NCBI GenBank assembly: GCA_964627085.1 | Contig: CAZVIP010000003.1 | Coordinates: 19,689-83,688 of the forward strand | Direction: 5' to 3' | From: an uncultured Candidatus Saccharibacteria bacterium | Lineage (GTDB): Bacteria > Patescibacteriota > Minisyncoccia > Phycocordibacterales > CAIZLB01 | DNA length: 64,000 bases | Shown: piece by piece, positions 49,576 through 59,546 of the stretch | Position numbering within the stretch: the first letter of the stretch is position 1 | Layout of the letters: every line of letters starts with the position of its first letter | Made by a program: the position numbers and the translations under genes | Notes under the pieces: generated by a model | What the model was told of the DNA's origin: nothing | The model's database searches: none | Seen by the model: the letters and a program-made list of their open reading frames with translations, nothing else

Positions 49576-49797
49576 TTAAATTGGTTGGTTTTTAGATTTG
49601 GAAAAAAGACAGATATTCTTATCTCACGGTGTTACCCACGCCAGTATTCCAAAAAACCTCTATATATATACAGAATATACAGTTTGATTGTCCCCCTGCT
49701 CTCTTTTGCACTAAATGTATACCAAAAGATTACGTACAGTTCAGTAGAAAAGAAATAATATCTCTCGCTCTATTTATTTACGTATTATTTTCGTCTC

Positions 49798-51588
49798 GTG
49801 AACACATTCAAATCATTTAGACCTAGTGAAAAACTCGCTGTACTCATTACAGCAGGAATCTTTCTCCTCAGTGCATTTGCAGTATACAAAACCGCACAAT
49901 ACACATATGGTTCAGAAACCCCAAAAAATGGTGGCTCTCTCACAGAGGGTGTTATTGGGTATGCGAGATTTATTAACCCACTCCTCGCCTCAACTGATGC
50001 GGACAAAGATTTAACTACGCTCATCTACTCTGGGCTCCTCAAAGTAAATGATAAAGGAGAACTTGCACCGGATCTCGCTGAATCATGGAGCATATCTCCT
50101 GATGGCCTTACGTATACAGTAAACATCAAACCATCAGCAACTTTTCACGATGGTGAACCAGTCACAGCAGATGATATTGAATTCACAATACAAAAAGCTA
50201 TTAACCCAGCAGTCAAAAGCACACAAGCATCAAACTGGACTGGTATTGCGGTGACAAAAGTAAATCCATACCAACTTACGTTCACACTCAAAAAACCATA
50301 TTCACCTTTTGCAGAGAACCTTACACTTGGCATACTTCCAAAACATATTTGGGAATCTGTAAGTGATGAAGCTTTTGATGTTAGTACGTATAACAAAGAA
50401 CCAATTGGATCAGGTCCATATAAAATCAAAAAGACAAAGCAAGATCGAAGTGGTCTTTATGAATATTATGAACTCACTCCTTTTTCAGGATATACACTCG
50501 GTGCGCCATTTATTGAAAAATTCTCTCTCAAATTTTATAAAAATGAAGATGATTTAATTTCTGCATTCAAGGATAATGACATTGATTTGATTGGCGGTCT
50601 TTCACCAGAATATGCATCATCAAGTCTAAGTAATGCCAAAATGATTAATAGCGCAACTCTTCCAAGAACTTTTGCCCTATTCTTCAATCAAAACGTAGAC
50701 CCTGTACTTATCAATAAAGAAGTGCGCAAGGCTCTCGATATCAGTGTTGATAGAAATCAGTTGATTTCACTTGTACTTAAAAATTACGGAGTACCGAGCA
50801 ATTCCCCTCTTCCAACATACTTACACAACCTTGCAATACAAGCCTTTGCATCTTCAAGTGCATCTGCCGCCATCGCAGGTTCTGCGACAAGTACAACAGA
50901 AAAAATGCTTGGGCAAAATCAGGATACAACCACAAACATTGATACTGCGAGAAAATTACTGGAATCAAATGGCTGGAAATTAAATACAAACATCGAAGGA
51001 CTTGGCCTCCCTACTGATGCAATAGGTGTATACGAAAAAGTAAATGCCAAAAATGAAAAACTTACTTTTTCATTTACAATTACTACAGCAAATTCACCAG
51101 AGCTCAAACAAGTTGCAGAAGCTTTGCGAACACAATGGGCAAAGATTGGGGCAAATGTCAAAATAGAAATATACGAAAATAGCGATTTAACACAAAAAAT
51201 TATTCGCCCAAGAAAGTACAGTGCGCTTTTGTTTGGACAAGAGACTGACAGAGACATGGATTTATATCCGTTCTGGCATTCATCACAGCGTGTTGACCCA
51301 GGGCTGAATATTGCGCTTTATGCAAATATCAAAGCTGACGAAGCACTTGAAAACACACGTGCCACAAACGATATTCAGAAGCAATTTTCTGCGAGAGTTC
51401 AATTTGAGAAAGAGATACAAAATGACATACCAGCAATCTTCCTCTTTTCTCCAGAATATATTTATGCATCCAACATACAAATCAAGAATATGAACATCGA
51501 CACCATCACAGAGTCAAGAGAAAGATTAAGCAATATAAACTCATGGTATCTAAAGACAAAATTTATATGGAAAAAATCGAACAATTAA
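49798..51588 (+). CDS. ABC transporter substrate-binding protein, family 5 (peptide/nickel type)
   Basis: N-terminal anchor and ~600 aa. SBP_bac_5-like blocks are present (LTEGVIGYARFINPL..., ESWSISPDGLTYTVNIKP..., DGEPVTADDIEFT). Confidence 0.75.
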   Translation: MNTFKSFRPSEKLAVLITAGIFLLSAFAVYKTAQYTYGSETPKNGGSLTEGVIGYARFINPLLASTDADKDLTTLIYSGLLKVNDKGELAPDLAESWSISPDGLTYTVNIKPSATFHDGEPVTADDIEFTIQKAINPAVKSTQASNWTGIAVTKVNPYQLTFTLKKPYSPFAENLTLGILPKHIWESVSDEAFDVSTYNKEPIGSGPYKIKKTKQDRSGLYEYYELTPFSGYTLGAPFIEKFSLKFYKNEDDLISAFKDNDIDLIGGLSPEYASSSLSNAKMINSATLPRTFALFFNQNVDPVLINKEVRKALDISVDRNQLISLVLKNYGVPSNSPLPTYLHNLAIQAFASSSASAAIAGSATSTTEKMLGQNQDTTTNIDTARKLLESNGWKLNTNIEGLGLPTDAIGVYEKVNAKNEKLTFSFTITTANSPELKQVAEALRTQWAKIGANVKIEIYENSDLTQKIIRPRKYSALLFGQETDRDMDLYPFWHSSQRVDPGLNIALYANIKADEALENTRATNDIQKQFSARVQFEKEIQNDIPAIFLFSPEYIYASNIQIKNMNIDTITESRERLSNINSWYLKTKFIWKKSNN

Positions 51589-51660
51589 TTATACGAAAAG
51601 CAAACAATATAGACACGAAAAAATTTTTACAAACAAATTAACAATAGTAACAAAAACATT

Positions 51661-54117
51661 ATGAATTACAGAAACACAAACAATGCTCCATACGGTCAAA
51701 GAGACTCTCGCCCACAACAAGGCGGATATGGAAATAATTATGGACCACGAGGTGGTTCGGCACAAAGACCTGCCCCAAGACAAGGTGGCTATAACCCTGC
51801 TGGACCAAGACAAGATTCGAGACAAGGATACGGTGCGAGAAATAATGCACCTTCAAGACCATATTCGAATCAAGGTGGTAATCAAGGTGGCGGATATGAC
51901 AATGCAAGACCTTATAACAACCAGAGACCTATGCATGGCACAGGAACAGTACGAAGAGAAACAGGTAAAGCTGATGCGGTTACCGAATTTAAACAACTCG
52001 TCAACCAAGCACTTCAAGCTGAGGGTAAGAGTCTTGAATCAATTTCAGGAAGTCAGACAAATAATTTTTCAGGACAAACTAATCAAACAAATATGAAATC
52101 AAATCAAAATTTTACAAACTCTCCTTTTCCAAGCTCAAGCGAGGATGAATCGCTCGGCGAACGATTTGATCATGACGATGTTATGAGTGATGACCAAGTC
52201 ATCCCACTAGAAATCGACAATGCAGACGAAGGTTACGCTGATACAACTCAGGGTGATTTTGAAAGTGATGCAGATGCAAACATGGCAACAAGCAGTCAGC
52301 CGGCAGGTGCACAGAAACGTGGCGGACAAGGTGGCGGTAAAAGTTCAAAGAACCGCATGCGCCCTCGCCCACTCGGTATCCCAAAGAAACACACAGCCAT
52401 CCAGCAAAGTAATCCAAATATTCCAATCCCTCCAGTTCCAGCCGGATCAATTCGAATTATTCCACTTGGTGGAGTAGAAGAAATCGGTATGAATATGACA
52501 GTCATTGAAATTGGAAATGACATCATCGTTATTGATGCCGGATTTAAATTCAAGGATTCTGATACACCAGGAATCGACTATATCCTTCCAAACACAAAAT
52601 ATCTTGAGGAAAGAAAGGATAGAATTCGAGCCATGATTGTCACTCACGGTCACCTCGACCACATCGGTGCTCTCCCATTTATCATGGACAGAATCGGTAC
52701 ACCACCAATCTATACACGAAACCTTACTTCCCTCATGCTCAAGAAGCGTCAGGCAGAATTCCCACACACGAAGCCTTTTGAATATCGTGTCATGGAAGGT
52801 AATGAAAGAGTAAAAATCGGTGAATTGTCAGTACAATTTTTCGGTGTAAGTCACAGTATTCCAGACTCACTTGGTATCGCCATTGAGACACCTCATGGCT
52901 ATGTCATGACTCCTGGAGACTTCAAACTCGATCACCGAGAAGGCGTTGTCTGCGAAGACGAAGAAAGAAACTATTCTATCTTTAATGGTAAGAACGTGCT
53001 CTGTTTTATTGGTGAATCAACAAACATCGAGAACCCAGGCTTTTCTACACCTGACTATATCGTTAATGAAAACCTTGAAGAAATTGTAAAAAATTCTACA
53101 GGAAGACTCATCATGGGTATGTTCTCTTCTCACGTAAACCGAATCGCACACGTTATTCACGCATGTGAAAAGCTTGGTAAAAAAGTGATCATTGAAGGAC
53201 GTAGTATGAAAAACAATGTCGACATTACTATTCAGGCTGGTATTTTGAAAGTAGCAAAAAGCACATTCATCAACCCACAAGACATTGAACAGTATGCGCC
53301 CGACAGGATTGTTATCATTGCCACAGGTGCGCAGGGTGAAGAATTCGCTTTCCTCATGCGTATTTCAAATAATCAGTACAAGCACTTCAAGCTTACTGAG
53401 CGAGACACAGTTGTACTCTCTTCTTCTATTGTCCCAGGAAATGAAAAAGCGGTACAAAAACTCAAGGACAGTATTGCAAGACAAGGCGCAAGACTTATGC
53501 ACTACCGAAGTTCAGATGTATATATCCACTCAACTGGTCACGGTAACCGTGGTGAAATTGAATGGCTACACCGAAAATTGCGAGCGAAGTTCTTCGTCCC
53601 AATTCACGGTAACCACTACATGCTCAAGCTTCATGCAGAGCTCGCACACCAACTCGGTATTCCAAAAGAAAATATCATCATCCCTGATGACGGTACTATC
53701 ATGGAAATCGATACCACTGGTGAGAAGTTCACAAGACTTGCTGTAAAAGCACCTGACAACACTGTCATGGTTGACGGATTCACTATCGGTGATATCCAAG
53801 ATGTTGTTATCCGCGATAGACAAATTCTTTCACAAGACGGAATCTATGTTGTCGTAGGTATCATCAACGCAAACACGGGACGACTCAAAAAATCTCCAGA
53901 TATTATTTCTCGAGGATCTGTCTACTTGCGAGAATCACAAGAACTCCTCCGCGAGATTCGATTCTTGGTCAAGAACACAGTTGAACAAGTGACACGTGAT
54001 CAGCACCCAGTAAACATTGATTATGTTAAAGACGTCGTCTCAGATGTGCTCGGACGATTCATCTTCCAGCAAACAGCTAAGCGACCGATTATTATCCCGG
54101 TGATGATATGTGTATAA
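51661..54117 (+). CDS. rnj: Ribonuclease J with ~250-aa low-complexity (RGG/GY/Q/N-rich) N-terminal extension
   Basis: The metallo-beta-lactamase motif THGHLDHIGALP, the beta-CASP region and the C-terminal domain follow an N-terminus made of QGGYGNNYGPRGG repeats. Confidence 0.85.
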   Translation: MNYRNTNNAPYGQRDSRPQQGGYGNNYGPRGGSAQRPAPRQGGYNPAGPRQDSRQGYGARNNAPSRPYSNQGGNQGGGYDNARPYNNQRPMHGTGTVRRETGKADAVTEFKQLVNQALQAEGKSLESISGSQTNNFSGQTNQTNMKSNQNFTNSPFPSSSEDESLGERFDHDDVMSDDQVIPLEIDNADEGYADTTQGDFESDADANMATSSQPAGAQKRGGQGGGKSSKNRMRPRPLGIPKKHTAIQQSNPNIPIPPVPAGSIRIIPLGGVEEIGMNMTVIEIGNDIIVIDAGFKFKDSDTPGIDYILPNTKYLEERKDRIRAMIVTHGHLDHIGALPFIMDRIGTPPIYTRNLTSLMLKKRQAEFPHTKPFEYRVMEGNERVKIGELSVQFFGVSHSIPDSLGIAIETPHGYVMTPGDFKLDHREGVVCEDEERNYSIFNGKNVLCFIGESTNIENPGFSTPDYIVNENLEEIVKNSTGRLIMGMFSSHVNRIAHVIHACEKLGKKVIIEGRSMKNNVDITIQAGILKVAKSTFINPQDIEQYAPDRIVIIATGAQGEEFAFLMRISNNQYKHFKLTERDTVVLSSSIVPGNEKAVQKLKDSIARQGARLMHYRSSDVYIHSTGHGNRGEIEWLHRKLRAKFFVPIHGNHYMLKLHAELAHQLGIPKENIIIPDDGTIMEIDTTGEKFTRLAVKAPDNTVMVDGFTIGDIQDVVIRDRQILSQDGIYVVVGIINANTGRLKKSPDIISRGSVYLRESQELLREIRFLVKNTVEQVTRDQHPVNIDYVKDVVSDVLGRFIFQQTAKRPIIIPVMICV

Positions 54118-54121
54118 CATT

Positions 54122-54183
54122 TTATAAAAATATATTGACCTCCGGTGCAAAATCCGCAAAGTCGCTCAATATATTTTTATAAA
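54122..54183. repeat. Perfect 17-bp inverted repeat (ttataaaaatatattga / tcaatatatttttataa) flanking a 28-bp GC-richer spacer
   Basis: Directly visible, immediately after the rnj stop codon. Confidence 0.6.
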
Positions 54184-54202
54184 ATGAAAGAAGTGAAACA
54201 AG

Positions 54203-54245
54203 AAAGCGCCCTGCGGAATTGATTCCGCAGGGCGCTTTCTTGGTT
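54203..54245 (+). terminator. Perfect 17-bp stem hairpin (gaaagcgccctgcggaa/ttccgcagggcgctttc), probable rnj terminator
   Basis: Directly visible; the downstream T-run is short (CTTTCTTGG). Confidence 0.6.
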
Positions 54246-54287
54246 AGGTTCATGCCCAGATTCCAGATATGAACCGTTGTGGATATA

Positions 54288-54316
54288 TTGACAAAACACA
54301 ATAAAAGGAGTATAAT
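54288..54316 (+). promoter_or_regulatory. Perfect consensus sigma70 promoter TTGACA-17-TATAAT
   Basis: TTGACA at 54288-54293, 17-nt spacer, TATAAT at 54311-54316. It lies ~260 nt upstream of the 54579 start codon. Confidence 0.65.
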
Positions 54317-54578
54317 ATTAGGCGTATAAGTACCTTGAAATTACAGCTTACTCAAGATATTTCTTTTGGGATTTTTGCAAATACACCCGCAAAAGATACT
54401 GACTATCTACCCCCTCACCCCTATCGTTACAGCCATATAGAGCCATATTACAGACCTGACAATATTGTCAGCAAGTGAACATGACATGATATGGAAATAT
54501 GTGACTGTAACGATAAACCTGTGTGGGCTAAGTTTTCAGTAAACAACGGCCGTAATGAGCCTTACCCAAAATTAAATC

Positions 54579-55823
54579 ATGAAATTAGGACAAATCCTCG
54601 CCAGACTATTCGCTTCGGAAGTTAAACCACAATCCATGGACCAACCGGAGATTCCAGAAAATGGAACCTTCGACCAATACTTGGGTATCTGGAACGCGAC
54701 AAACTGGCGCCATAAACAGAGGAATGAACTTGCGGTCAAACTCGCAGAGTCAGTTACAACGACTGATGAAGCAGCAAGATTCCCAACAGAAATCCTTGCC
54801 AACACCAACGGCGCACGTGAAATTGTCTATAAATTTGAGATTGATCACATCGATGACTTCGATACTCTTCTCAAAATTCATAGGAACTACTCTGAGCCAT
54901 CCCAAAGGCGTGAACTTGCCGGTGAAAAACTTACACCAATGCTCAATACAGCAAAGCGCTGCATTGCATATTGGTCAGGTGCCCACTGTCAAGGGGCTGT
55001 CTCATTAGATACGTGTGAAGAGTTGGTAAAGTTGTGTGCAACCACCGACGATTTTCGTTTATTAAATTGGAACATTAGCACCGAAAAAACCCAAGACGCA
55101 AAATTATTAGAAAACGCCATGATGCTTAAATGGACGAGGGCTGTTGAAAGTGAATTAGTATCGGCAGATACCACACAAGCTCTACACACCCTTGCAAGAA
55201 ACGCACCTCATATTGAAGATCTTCAAAGGAAGATCCATGCAAAATGGTGTGAAGTTGCCTTGAAAGAGGTTCAGGCCTTAATCGGAAAAAAGCGCAACAT
55301 TTTTTTGCTTAGACATCTGATCAAGTTTCTGAGGTCTTGCCCTTATGAATCTGAGGCTCGAGTAACAATTTATGGTGAAATCAATAACTTGATTGACCCC
55401 TTCATAACAAAGATCCAGTCACTCGACAGGCTCAAACGTTTGAAGAAGAGAATTGACGAGCCATCAGAAACCTTTACAAAGTTTCTGGCGCAGTGGAATA
55501 AACTTTCGCTAATTGAAGTGGAAAAAGCAACCACAATTGCGCAAGTAAAGATGGCTTATGACAGAGGTGATGCCGGTGCAAAAGAGGTGGCTATTAAGAA
55601 GATGCTACAGTTAGCGAGACACCCCGTCGACCTAACAGGTGTCTTTGACTCTGATCAAAACCAACCCGCATGCTGGAAATCAGCTTGCTGGTGGCGTCGT
55701 CTTGACCTTGCCAAAACCTCAACAGACCTAAACACCTTGTATGCCGAACTCGTGTCTTACGAGGAAGGCTACAAGGAAAAGCTTGACGCTATTACGCAAA
55801 AACGCCTAGACATGTTGTCATGA
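54579..55823 (+). CDS. Hypothetical 414-aa protein (predicted all-helical), first gene of a two-gene operon
   Basis: Clean ORF of moderately higher GC with no recognised motif. Confidence 0.55.
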   Translation: MKLGQILARLFASEVKPQSMDQPEIPENGTFDQYLGIWNATNWRHKQRNELAVKLAESVTTTDEAARFPTEILANTNGAREIVYKFEIDHIDDFDTLLKIHRNYSEPSQRRELAGEKLTPMLNTAKRCIAYWSGAHCQGAVSLDTCEELVKLCATTDDFRLLNWNISTEKTQDAKLLENAMMLKWTRAVESELVSADTTQALHTLARNAPHIEDLQRKIHAKWCEVALKEVQALIGKKRNIFLLRHLIKFLRSCPYESEARVTIYGEINNLIDPFITKIQSLDRLKRLKKRIDEPSETFTKFLAQWNKLSLIEVEKATTIAQVKMAYDRGDAGAKEVAIKKMLQLARHPVDLTGVFDSDQNQPACWKSACWWRRLDLAKTSTDLNTLYAELVSYEEGYKEKLDAITQKRLDMLS

Positions 55824-56176
55824 ACCAACCCAAAAAATCCCTCACTATCACCCATGACTGCGACCCGATAACGGAAGCTGATGTGTGGATGCTTGAGGAA
55901 CTAGGACGGGCGATAATCAGCTGTCATACAGCACTGTCGCTTGGACGAGAAGTTCGCTTTGTCCCTGATGGTTTAAAGGAGCTGCTTACAGGTGATACGC
56001 GCAAGCGTATTGCCGGAGAAGTTTCAGGTTGCAAACGCACCACTGCGTTTATCACCTACACAGGTCTTGGGGTTCAAGCTGTAATTCAGTTCAAAAAGGA
56101 AAAAACTATTGTGAAAGAAATTGCGATTTGTTTCGCACATGAAGCACAGCAGTTGCAAATCCTTTGGGGACTTTAG
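55820..56176 (+). CDS. Hypothetical 118-aa protein, translationally coupled (ATGA overlap) to the upstream gene
   Basis: 4-nt start/stop overlap. A terminator lies downstream. Confidence 0.5.
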   Translation: MNQPKKSLTITHDCDPITEADVWMLEELGRAIISCHTALSLGREVRFVPDGLKELLTGDTRKRIAGEVSGCKRTTAFITYTGLGVQAVIQFKKEKTIVKEIAICFAHEAQQLQILWGL

Positions 56177-56232
56177 AAAGAAATTTCCGGTACCGATACG
56201 TAAATCGGTAGGATGAAAATCCGAAACCACCC

Positions 56233-56276
56233 GTCTTGGCGTTGTCCAAGGGGTGGTTTTTAAATTTAGGTATTTT
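56233..56276 (+). terminator. Intrinsic terminator after the two-gene operon
   Basis: aaaccacccgtcttgg...ccaaggggtggttt followed by TTTTTAAATTT. Confidence 0.55.
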
Positions 56277-56368
56277 TGATGTACGAAAAAATCATACCCT
56301 AAATACTGTATACTTATAGCTATATCAGTATTAATTATCGCTATAGATTAGCCATTCCACCAATTCTT

Positions 56369-57598
56369 ATGGACCGATTTTATTCCAAGACAAATAAATT
56401 AAATACTGTGCTTTTGATTTTTGTTGCTGTACTTATTCTTTCTTTTCACTTTTTCTTCATCTATTTTGTGAACTCGACATATGTCACAGCCTTTGTCGGA
56501 GAAAAAGCTGTGAGTCTTATATATGCCATTGGAGCGATATTGAATATCTCTTTATTCCTGATGATTCCCCGAATGCTGCGGAAGAAAGGGATTATCTCGC
56601 TGACACTCACCTTCACATTTATTGAGGCCTTTTCGCTTATATTCCTCGCCTTCCCCTTGCATCCTGTGATTGCTATCTTGGCTTTTTTGCTTCATATGAG
56701 TGTAGCCAGTGCACTTATCTACTGCATGGATATTATTCTTGAAAAATACACTAAGCCAGAAGAGGCCGGATCTATGCGTGGAACATTTTTGACCATGTGG
56801 AATATCCCTCCGATTGTTACTCCATTTATTGCAGGTGCCATACTCGGTAGCGACGGAAATAATCTTATTTCTGCAATGAATAATGATGTAATTAACTCAC
56901 TCTATACATCAGGATTCTGGAAAATATATATTATCTCTGCCGTATTTCTTATTCCATTTATTGTTATCCTCAAAACGACATTTCCGAATTTCAAGGATGC
57001 TGAATACTCAACAATGAACATTAGACATGCGTTCAAGTCTTTTTATAAAAATTCGAATATTTTTGATGTCTTTGCGGATAGAATTTTGCTCAATTTATAC
57101 TTTGCTTGGAATGTTGTATTTCTACCTATTTATCTTCACGATTATATTCATTTCACCTGGAATCAAGTTGGTATTATTTTGAGTGTCATGTTACTTCCTT
57201 TTGTGTTGCTACAGAGAACTATTGGTAGAATTGAAGATCAAACTCATCAGGAGAAAAGCCTCCTCATTTTTGGCTTTTTGATTATGGCGGTTGGGACAAT
57301 TATTCAACCACTCCTAAGTACACCTAACCTCATCGCTTGGTGTGCATTACTTTTTATGACACATATCGGGGCTGCCTTTGTTGAAGTATCGAGTGAGAGC
57401 TATTTCTTCAGGCATGTGAAGCCTGAGAATTCGAACTATATCAGCCTTTTCCGCATGACACGAACTATACCTTATTTCATTATGCCGATACTAATTCCGC
57501 TTATACTGTGGTTCTTGCCATTTGGATATATGTTCTTTGTCCTTGGTGTAATTATGCTTCTTGGTGTGAGATATGCATTCTTGATTCGAGGCAACTAA
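56369..57598 (+). CDS. MFS-type transporter (about 12 TM)
   Basis: Polytopic hydrophobic protein of 409 aa. An MFS-like loop with basic residues (PRMLRKKG) follows TM2. Confidence 0.6.
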   Translation: MDRFYSKTNKLNTVLLIFVAVLILSFHFFFIYFVNSTYVTAFVGEKAVSLIYAIGAILNISLFLMIPRMLRKKGIISLTLTFTFIEAFSLIFLAFPLHPVIAILAFLLHMSVASALIYCMDIILEKYTKPEEAGSMRGTFLTMWNIPPIVTPFIAGAILGSDGNNLISAMNNDVINSLYTSGFWKIYIISAVFLIPFIVILKTTFPNFKDAEYSTMNIRHAFKSFYKNSNIFDVFADRILLNLYFAWNVVFLPIYLHDYIHFTWNQVGIILSVMLLPFVLLQRTIGRIEDQTHQEKSLLIFGFLIMAVGTIIQPLLSTPNLIAWCALLFMTHIGAAFVEVSSESYFFRHVKPENSNYISLFRMTRTIPYFIMPILIPLILWFLPFGYMFFVLGVIMLLGVRYAFLIRGN

Positions 57599-57618
57599 AT
57601 TAATAATACCCAGTCTAT

Positions 57619-58638
57619 TTAGTTGCCCTTTGCAGAGCCTGCAAGGCCTGCACATGAGTTAAATGAACGAACCTGTTCATTGTATGTTTTGATCTCATCC
57701 TTGAGTCCTCCGAGCCTTGTATTGTAATCTATAACCATATCATTGTATTTTTCTACACTGACACGATAATTATCCACTGTAGCACCGACTGGATTTGTAC
57801 CATCGATTTGTGATTTAAGTTTATTGAGCTCCGCCTCTCGTACAGCAAGCTCTGTTGTGTGAGAATCTATTTTTGCCTTAAGGTCAGCGCTAGGTCCACT
57901 ACATGAAGAAAGAGGCTTTGCAAAATGCTGAATGGCAATCCATTGCTCTTTGCCATTATATTGACCTCTACCTACAGCCACACCCATTTCCTGGAATCTT
58001 GAATCGAGAATATTAGCTCTGTGACCAGGACTATTCATCCACGCAGTTACCACCTGCACATCACCACCAAAGTTTCCTAGGGCCAAATTCTCCCCCACTA
58101 CAATATATTCATAGCCCATTTTGCGGACAACATCTGACACATTTACGCCTGTTGGCGATATGTGCTCAAAGTATTGATTGGTGAACATGTCCTGCAATTT
58201 TGCTTCAGCTGATTTATTTAAATTTGAATTAAGCCTAAGTGCACCCACACTTTTGGCACTGCGCTCTTTGTTTGTTTGATTTAAAACACCCTGGATAGTG
58301 AGACCAGAATTATCCGCGGAGAGTGTATTGTCTTTTGAGACAAGGACAGGCTTACTTCCCGCAGTGACCTCAGGAATTATATTCTGCGATGAAGCCGTAC
58401 TGGTTGATGAACCAGATACTGAATTTTGTCCGGTCGCGTAATTATTATGCAAATAATCTGGCAAGGTTTTACCAGACGAACTTGCACTGTCTACACCCTT
58501 AAAATAGTTTACAATCGGGCTGATATAGTGAGTATTAACCACTGCGAGATTCTCATTGAGATGCTGGATTGGGCCACGCAATACAAAAAGACCCATAAAA
58601 AATACCAATATAATTATGACTGGTCTCCAGATCATCAT
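57619..58638 (-). CDS. CAP (SCP/PR-1-like) domain protein, membrane-anchored, with C-terminal coiled coil
   Basis: CAP signature VVTAWMNSPGHRANIL. N-terminal TM helix present. Confidence 0.7.
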   Translation of the reverse strand: MMIWRPVIIILVFFMGLFVLRGPIQHLNENLAVVNTHYISPIVNYFKGVDSASSSGKTLPDYLHNNYATGQNSVSGSSTSTASSQNIIPEVTAGSKPVLVSKDNTLSADNSGLTIQGVLNQTNKERSAKSVGALRLNSNLNKSAEAKLQDMFTNQYFEHISPTGVNVSDVVRKMGYEYIVVGENLALGNFGGDVQVVTAWMNSPGHRANILDSRFQEMGVAVGRGQYNGKEQWIAIQHFAKPLSSCSGPSADLKAKIDSHTTELAVREAELNKLKSQIDGTNPVGATVDNYRVSVEKYNDMVIDYNTRLGGLKDEIKTYNEQVRSFNSCAGLAGSAKGN

Positions 58639-58653
58639 ATATCTAGAATTGTA

Positions 58654-59535
58654 TCAGGAATTGATTAATTTTGCCTCTATACACATGAACATCGGTATTT
58701 CCTTTCGGGCCGTATCTTCGGCCTCTTTTCGGGGTCCGGCTTCTGTCTTTTTATGTGAGCACCATTCCTCTAGTTTTGTTATCGCAAAACCGTGTTTTGA
58801 TAGTAATTTTACAAATAATTGAAGAGGCCTGTGAAATGACAAAGTGATGTTTTTTCTGTTTCCAGTATACCCAGGAGTCATATCAATCTGAATTGTCGCC
58901 TCTTGCATATATTTTGAAACTGTCCGGTTTTGGACATTTTTCATTGCATCATATGACCAATCAGAATGTTGTGGAACCCTGAAGCTTGGATGATTAATAA
59001 CAAAAATAAATGAACCATTCTTTTTGAGCATTCGTGCACATTCGCCGATGGTTTGGTCGAGTTCTTTTATATTTTGAAGAGCAAGTACACATACAATCGC
59101 GTCCTGTGTCTTTGGATAAATCATTGAGACATTACTTGCAGGCGCAACGTGAAATTGTGGCAAGAAATCAACTTGAGCTATGCGTGCAACTTCTTTTTTT
59201 TGCTTTGCAAAAGCGATAAGCTCAGAGGCGATATCTACACCTGAGACTGTATATCCGAGCATTGAGATAAGGTATGAAAAATACCCTTGCCCACATGCAA
59301 GATCAAGAACTGCTCCACCGCGTGGTACCGCGGCTGAAATAATTCTATTTAGGTTTGGCCACACAACTTTTGCTTGATACGTGTCAGCGTCTCCTAGATA
59401 TTCGTCATACCATTTCGCAACAGAACCCCAAGATGTCTCTTTGGATTTTACCTTGGAATTTATTTTTGAATTTGGAACAGACTTATGCGCTGATTCTCGC
59501 ATTGGTTTATGCTCAGATTTTGGTTCAGGTTTCAT
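58654..59535 (-). CDS. Class I SAM-dependent methyltransferase
   Basis: Motif I VLDLACGQGYFS; motif post-I VSGVDIASE. Confidence 0.7.
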   Translation of the reverse strand: MKPEPKSEHKPMRESAHKSVPNSKINSKVKSKETSWGSVAKWYDEYLGDADTYQAKVVWPNLNRIISAAVPRGGAVLDLACGQGYFSYLISMLGYTVSGVDIASELIAFAKQKKEVARIAQVDFLPQFHVAPASNVSMIYPKTQDAIVCVLALQNIKELDQTIGECARMLKKNGSFIFVINHPSFRVPQHSDWSYDAMKNVQNRTVSKYMQEATIQIDMTPGYTGNRKNITLSFHRPLQLFVKLLSKHGFAITKLEEWCSHKKTEAGPRKEAEDTARKEIPMFMCIEAKLINS

Positions 59536-59546
59536 TCAGGATTTAA

